Shown: positions 59,019-64,000 of the stretch, piece by piece | How positions within the stretch are numbered: the first letter of the stretch is position 1 | How the letters are laid out: every line of letters begins with the position of its first letter | Assembly: GCA_000004985.1 (NCBI GenBank) | Contig: GG738873.1 | Source of the DNA: Naegleria gruberi | Lineage: Eukaryota | Length of the DNA stretch: 64,000 nucleotides | Strand: one strand, 5' to 3' | Program-made: the position numbers and the translations under genes | The notes under the pieces: generated by a model | What the model saw: only the letters and a program-made list of their open reading frames with translations | Databases searched by the model: none | What the model was told of the DNA's origin: nothing

Positions 59019-61799
59019 ATGAAAATCAAGCCATCCCCAAACACGCACATCAACAAACGGGTGGTTTTTTGCGTCCTCCTCGCTTTGCTAGGACTTGGTA
59101 AGTAGTGTGGAGGAATAATATGTTGACACGTTTAAAGTATTTGTAGTGGTCAAGGCTCAATCAGAACAATCTTTCAGTGAATATGTACTTTCCTTAATGT
59201 TCATGATTCAAAAAAGACAAAGTTTGATGGGAATTGAAACAGATTATTTAAGTGAAGCTGACAAAATTATCTACAAGGAGAAAATAATTTATAATACAAA
59301 ATATGCAATGGAAAGGTCTCTAGCCTCTATTAACAAGCTTGGTGTTAAAGAACAAACATATACCATACTTCTCTCAGCCAAACAAAACGAAGCAGCAGCC
59401 GCTTGGGACTCTCTTGTTGAAGTTAACAGTTATATCAATGTTACTAAGCATGCTGTTTCAGTTGCCTACTCAACCATTGATTCAATCAATGAGGTATGTT
59501 TTTTTACAATTTTTGTTGCTGAACCAGTTAGAAATTATCGAATGTACTTCTAAGCTACCACCATTGGCAAAAAACTGACCTCGATTTATTGCCAGCAAAC
59601 ATGACTCTCAATACTACAGTTGGTTATCTCCCAAATCATGTAATGTATTTCCCAGTTATGAGAATTAGAAATAGAATTTCTGCTGGATTAAATCATGGTT
59701 TGTTCCTTGGCCCTGGTGGTAATTTGTATTCTTGGGGTGTTGATATGGGTGGTTCTTTGGGAAGATCTGTTAACACACCAATGCCAAGTTTGGATTTGCC
59801 TGTAGAATTGAAGAACGTTACCATTCTTCAGTTCACTAACTCTTACTATGGAAATCTGTTGCTAGCTGATGATGCCGTCTATTCATGGGGAAAGAATGAC
59901 TATGGAGTTGATGCTGATGGTACAACTGTGAATCATTACCAACCAAGGAAGGTCTTTTCATGGGATTTACAAGGTCCTAAAGGAATCGCTCAGATTGCTT
60001 CTGGCCCATATAACTTTTATGCTATTGACGAAAATGGTAAACTCTATTCATGGGGAAAGAATGATTTTGGCCAACTTGGCGATAGAACTCCAATTGACAA
60101 ATGGAGACCTGTGGACGTTTTTATGAAGGGTGCTTTGCTTAATCAAACAGTTACCAGAGTTTGTGGTGGTTTGACTCATACTCTTGTCCTTGCCAACAAT
60201 GGAATGCTTTACTCTTTTGGTGATAACTCTAAAGGACAACTTGGTATCGGAGTTAGTTCCTCAGTTATTGCAAAGAAATGGGAACCTGTCCTCATCAATT
60301 TCCCATTCAATGACACAATTGCAGATATTCAATGTGGTGATAACCACAACCTGGTGCTCTTGACTGGAGGTGCCATGTATGCTTGGGGTCTTAACGACTA
60401 TGGGCAACTTGGAGATAATACCACAACAACAAGAACAAAACCAACCAAAGTCAACACACTCTCAGCTATTGGTACAAGAAAAGTTGTCAAGATTGAATCA
60501 AGACTCAACGAGAATTTTGCCTTCTTGGAAAATGGAGCCATGGTTTCATGGGGTCAAAATGATTATTCTCAATTAGGTCATTCCAAAATAGCAATTATAG
60601 GCAATATTGCCACCACCTTTATAAATGTTCCGGTAGAGTTTAGCTTACCCAATGGTTATATGCCTTCTGAAATAGCAATCATGAATGGATCAACTGTAAT
60701 TCTTGGTGCAAATGGCACCCTTTATGGTGCTGGATTTTCTTCAGAAAGTACCAGAAAACTGTTGAACATCACCACTTCCCAAACTAAGTTTACCCAGTGT
60801 TACACCTTCCCACCTATATACCCAGTTATGGAAAGAAGACATTATCCATATATCCAACTCAACGAAAAGAGCTATGCATTTATTGGATCCAAGTACTTTT
60901 CTTACCCTGATAATGGGTTTGATGGATACGTGAGGAATAACACCTCTCCAGAATTGTGGTCAATGATTGATTATCAAAATACAACATCACAGATGTTCCC
61001 TGGTTCCATTTACAATACTCATATTTTGAGAACTAACCAACATGTTTACTTCTATGGTGGTTTTGTTAATGGATCAATTTCAAACCTTATTTACAGAGCT
61101 CCAGTGGATAATATTGAAAATGGATGGGAAATTGTTAAGCCAACGCTCCCATTCCCAGTTTCAAACGGTATGTCCATTTTATTGGATGACTTTTTCTACA
61201 TATTTGGTGGCTTGACTTGGTTTAATAGCACAGACAAAGGATTCGTATCAATTGGTGTTTCATCAAGTATTTTGAGATGTCATGTTTCCAGTCCAACCCA
61301 ATGGGAAATAATGAGTGGTGGTGGGTTGCCAAGAGGTGTCTATAGTGGCAATATTGCAAGAATTGGAGATTTCGTCTATATTTTGGGTGGGCGAGTTAAC
61401 ACGGGTGATGCGTTTGCTGACATCTTCAGAGCTCCTTATTTGAATATTAGTCAATGGGAAAATACTTACTCAGTGCTTCCATTCCCTTTATCTGATAGCC
61501 CAATGATAATTACCAATAGTAGTATCTACCTCATGGGAGGATATTTGTCTGAGTACTCTCCAAATATTATTGGTACATACTATCCTCATATTATTACAGC
61601 TCCTCTAAGTGATCCAGTTGGTTCATGGTCTGTTACTGGAGACAAGCTCCCAACTAATCCAGCTTTTCAATCTGTTACTTCGCCAGTAGTTGTTGGATCG
61701 AATGTATATTTATACGGTAATGATGCCTCAAAGATAACAGAGACAAACATCAGAAGTACCACTGTCAGCTCATTCATTAAGATTCCTCTATTGGTTTAA
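59019..61799 (+). CDS. Paralog D: secreted coiled-coil + RCC1-like + Kelch-like protein; 3 exons, 897 aa
   Basis: Exon 1 is about 59019..59097 and encodes MKIKPSPNTHINKRVVFCVLLALLGL. Intron 1 is 59098..59146 (49 nt, GTAAGT..TTTGTAG, phase 1). Exon 2 is 59147..59493. Intron 2 is 59494..59531 (38 nt, GTATGT..CAGTTAG, phase 0). Exon 3 is 59532..61799. Frames join ORFs 59146..59553 and 59589..61799. RCC1-like motifs are GVDMGGSLGRS, GKNDYGVDADG, GKNDFGQLGD, GDNSKGQLGIG, GLNDYGQLGD and GQNDYSQLG. Kelch-like repeats are HVYFYGG, FFYIFGG, FVYILGG and IYLMGG. Confidence 0.75.
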
Positions 61800-61990
61800 T
61801 AAACAACCTTGTATAATAGTTATTTATTTTCTAAACATATCTCTTTAAAAAATTAGTTAACCTTATTCAACATTCAAACAAAAAAAATTGAGGTAAAAAA
61901 CCGTTTTAACATTTTGAACACTGTACCGTACAAAATTACAGCCATTGGCTGTAAAACACTGTATAAGGCTTTAAAAAAACATAAAAAAAA

Positions 61991-64000
61991 ATGATCTGGA
62001 GCAATACTCATGTAGAGGTTAGTCCAAAGAGCATTGGGCTTGCCGTGGTATTGTTATTTGTATCAATATCTTTTATTTGTAAGTTTCTCCAAGTAATAAT
62101 TGAAGCATATAGTCCATATAGGTGTTACTTCAAGTGCTCAAACAACCCAATACAATAGCACATTAACTTCAGAATTGTTTTACAAACTGTCATTTTACAG
62201 AGAAAGACGAGATAGTTTTTACCAGATTTACACAGACTACGTTCGTCAAAATCAAGAAATAGAAGAATCCAGAATTAAATTGAAAATTAATATTACAAAA
62301 GAGGCTGTAGAAGCTTCTTTTTATGAAATTACAAAATTAAGAATTCCAGTTGAACAATACTATCAAATGCTGAATAATAAGAATATACAATACGCAAACC
62401 TAGAAGAGGTTCAGAAGGAGCTTGATGACTTGATCACATTGACTGATCTTGGTTTCCTACACACCCAATCCACCCTAGATGATGTAGAAAAAGTAAGTCC
62501 TTCAGTTATTGGAAATGCTTATCGGTAATAGTCTGCTTCTAACATTTTGTACAATGAAGAAAAATGGCAATTGGCCAAAACAAGGAAGATAGTTTCCTCA
62601 ATGAACTTTACTACGACTGTTGGATTTCTTCCTAGTCATGCTAGATCTCACAAAATACCAAGAATTAGAAATAGAGTGTCTGCAGGAAAAAATCATGGTA
62701 TTCTTCTTCATTATAATGGACTACTCTATTCTTGGGGCGCTGACAATGGTGGTGCTTTAGGTAGACCAAATAGTGCAGGTGTCTCATCTTTTACTCTCTC
62801 TACCCCTGTTGAATTACCAAAGAATATTTCCATTCTTCAATTTGTTAGCTCAAACTATGCCAATTTGGTTCTTGCTGGAGATGCAGTTTATTCTTGGGGC
62901 AGAAATGAATACGGAGTTGTTGGTGATGGTACTTTTGGTGGAAATAAGCCACCATACAAGTTATTCTCTTGGGATTTGCAAGGTCCAAAAAGAATTGAGC
63001 AAATTGGAGCTGGAGGCTACACTTTTTATGTAATTGATGAAAATGGAAAAGCATATGCTTGGGGCAGAAACAATAGAGGCCAACTTGGAGACAAAACAAC
63101 CATTGACAAGCCAAGACCAGTTGACGTCTACATGAAAGGCATTTTACTCAATCAAACAGTCATTAGGGTTTGTGGTGGAGAAAGTCACACTTTGTTGTTG
63201 ACTAGTAATAATGAATTAGCGGCTATGGGTGACAACACTTATGGGCAATTAGGTGTGGGTACTTCTGGTGGATATAAAATGGAACCAACAAGAGTCAACA
63301 TCAAATTTAATGGTACTATTATGGACATACAGTGTGGTGAAAATTATAACCTTGTCTTAACTTCCAAAGGGTTGGTATACGGTTGGGGAAGGAACGATGT
63401 TGGTCAACTTGGAAGTGGAGACAAGCTAGACAAGTTGGAACCTACTCTTATTTCCTACCTTAAAAACAGCACAGTAGTCAAGATTTATGCCAGATTTTCG
63501 ACCTCATTTGCTCTTACCAATGAAAGTTTCTTATATGCTTGGGGTAATAACAATCAATACCAATTGGGTGCTAGTTCAGCCACCCTTTTTACAGTACCTC
63601 AAAATATAACACTCCCAGAATATGTGACTGTTGTTGACTTGGCTGTCATGCAAGGAACAACTGTATTTTTAGGAAATAATGGTACTTATTACGGTAGTGG
63701 TGGATCAACTAATGGAGAACTGCTCCGTATTTCATCACAACAACCAGCCTTCGACTGGATTTATAATGGATTGAGTTTTTATGGGTTTGCAATGGAAAGA
63801 AGAAGATATCCATATTTTGAAGTGGATGATATTGCCTACCAGTTTGTAGGGGACAATTTTGCAATCTTTCCAGATAATGGTTTTTACCTTTATAAGAGAA
63901 ATATTGCAGATCCAACAATGGGTTCGATTGTAGAATACAGAAACAATACTGGCAAATTCTTCCAAGGAACAATTTACAATTCTCATATGCTTAGACTAGG
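61991..64000 (+). CDS. Paralog E (3' end truncated by the window edge): secreted coiled-coil + RCC1-like + Kelch-like protein; at least 3 exons, more than 645 aa in the window
   Basis: Exon 1 is 61991..62078 and encodes MIWSNTHVEVSPKSIGLAVVLLFVSISFI. Intron 1 is 62079..62112 (34 nt, GTAAGT..CATATAG, phase 1). Exon 2 is 62113..62492, in the ORF 62100..62528 frame, and ends ..DDVEK|GTAAGT. Intron 2 is 62493..62531 (39 nt, ..GTAATAG). Exon 3 runs from 62532 and stays open to the window end. This frame is absent from the ORF track, presumably because it has no stop. RCC1-like motifs are GADNGGALGRP, GRNEYGVVGDG, GRNNRGQLGD, GDNTYGQLGVG, GRNDVGQLGSG and GNNNQYQLG. Confidence 0.7.

Noticed and set aside
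38142-64000. Reading the RCC1/Kelch cluster as a prokaryotic-style defence or toxin island, since the prompt hints at a novel system
   Set aside because: There are no operon structures, no bacterial promoters or terminators, and no nucleases, ATPases or methyltransferases. The genes are spliced eukaryotic genes with signal peptides. The novelty is a eukaryotic secreted protein family and not a defence operon.

Overview
This 64-kb window is eukaryotic nuclear DNA, not prokaryotic. It looks roughly one-third GC by eye and is gene-dense. Proteins carry poly-Asn/Ser/Thr tracts, and introns are very short GT-AG introns of 34-100 nt, mostly 38-49 nt, with GTAAGT/GTAGGT/GTATGT donors. A 1,622-nt run of N at 17536-19157 is a scaffold gap. 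No rRNA, tRNA, CRISPR or operon-like features were found. Many 'M' residues at ORF-track starts are alternative-start artefacts (TTG/GTG), so true starts and splice sites were re-derived by hand by codon counting from ORF-track anchors; treat inferred splice coordinates as +/-3 nt. Content falls into three parts. (i) 0-17.5 kb holds ordinary genes: an EGF-like TM protein, a double-BTB/T1 protein, a cyclase-homology+TLDc fusion, a beta-helix membrane protein, a DEP-RGS protein, several low-complexity unknowns and a 4-TM protein. (ii) 16.8-38.0 kb holds one giant minus-strand gene. About 18.8 kb is a single exon upstream of the gap, and a TM plus cytoplasmic-tail fragment lies downstream of it. 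It encodes dozens of EGF-like modules alternating with ConA/LamG-like modules of about 200 aa. Internally it carries four 1.27-kb tandem repeats, a 543-bp duplication and an NxT/S sequon minisatellite. (iii) 38.1-64 kb holds six paralogous genes (A-F, three per strand). Each encodes signal peptide + coiled coil + RCC1-like beta-propeller + Kelch-like beta-propeller. The cluster is interrupted by a TraB-family gene, a coiled-coil/LRR gene, an N-myristoylated LRAT/NlpC-P60-like gene and one MITE-like element. The secreted RCC1-Kelch double-propeller family is the most unusual system here. It sits next to, and is divergently promoted with, the giant adhesion-type gene, and its short promoters carry a recurrent TACAG motif.
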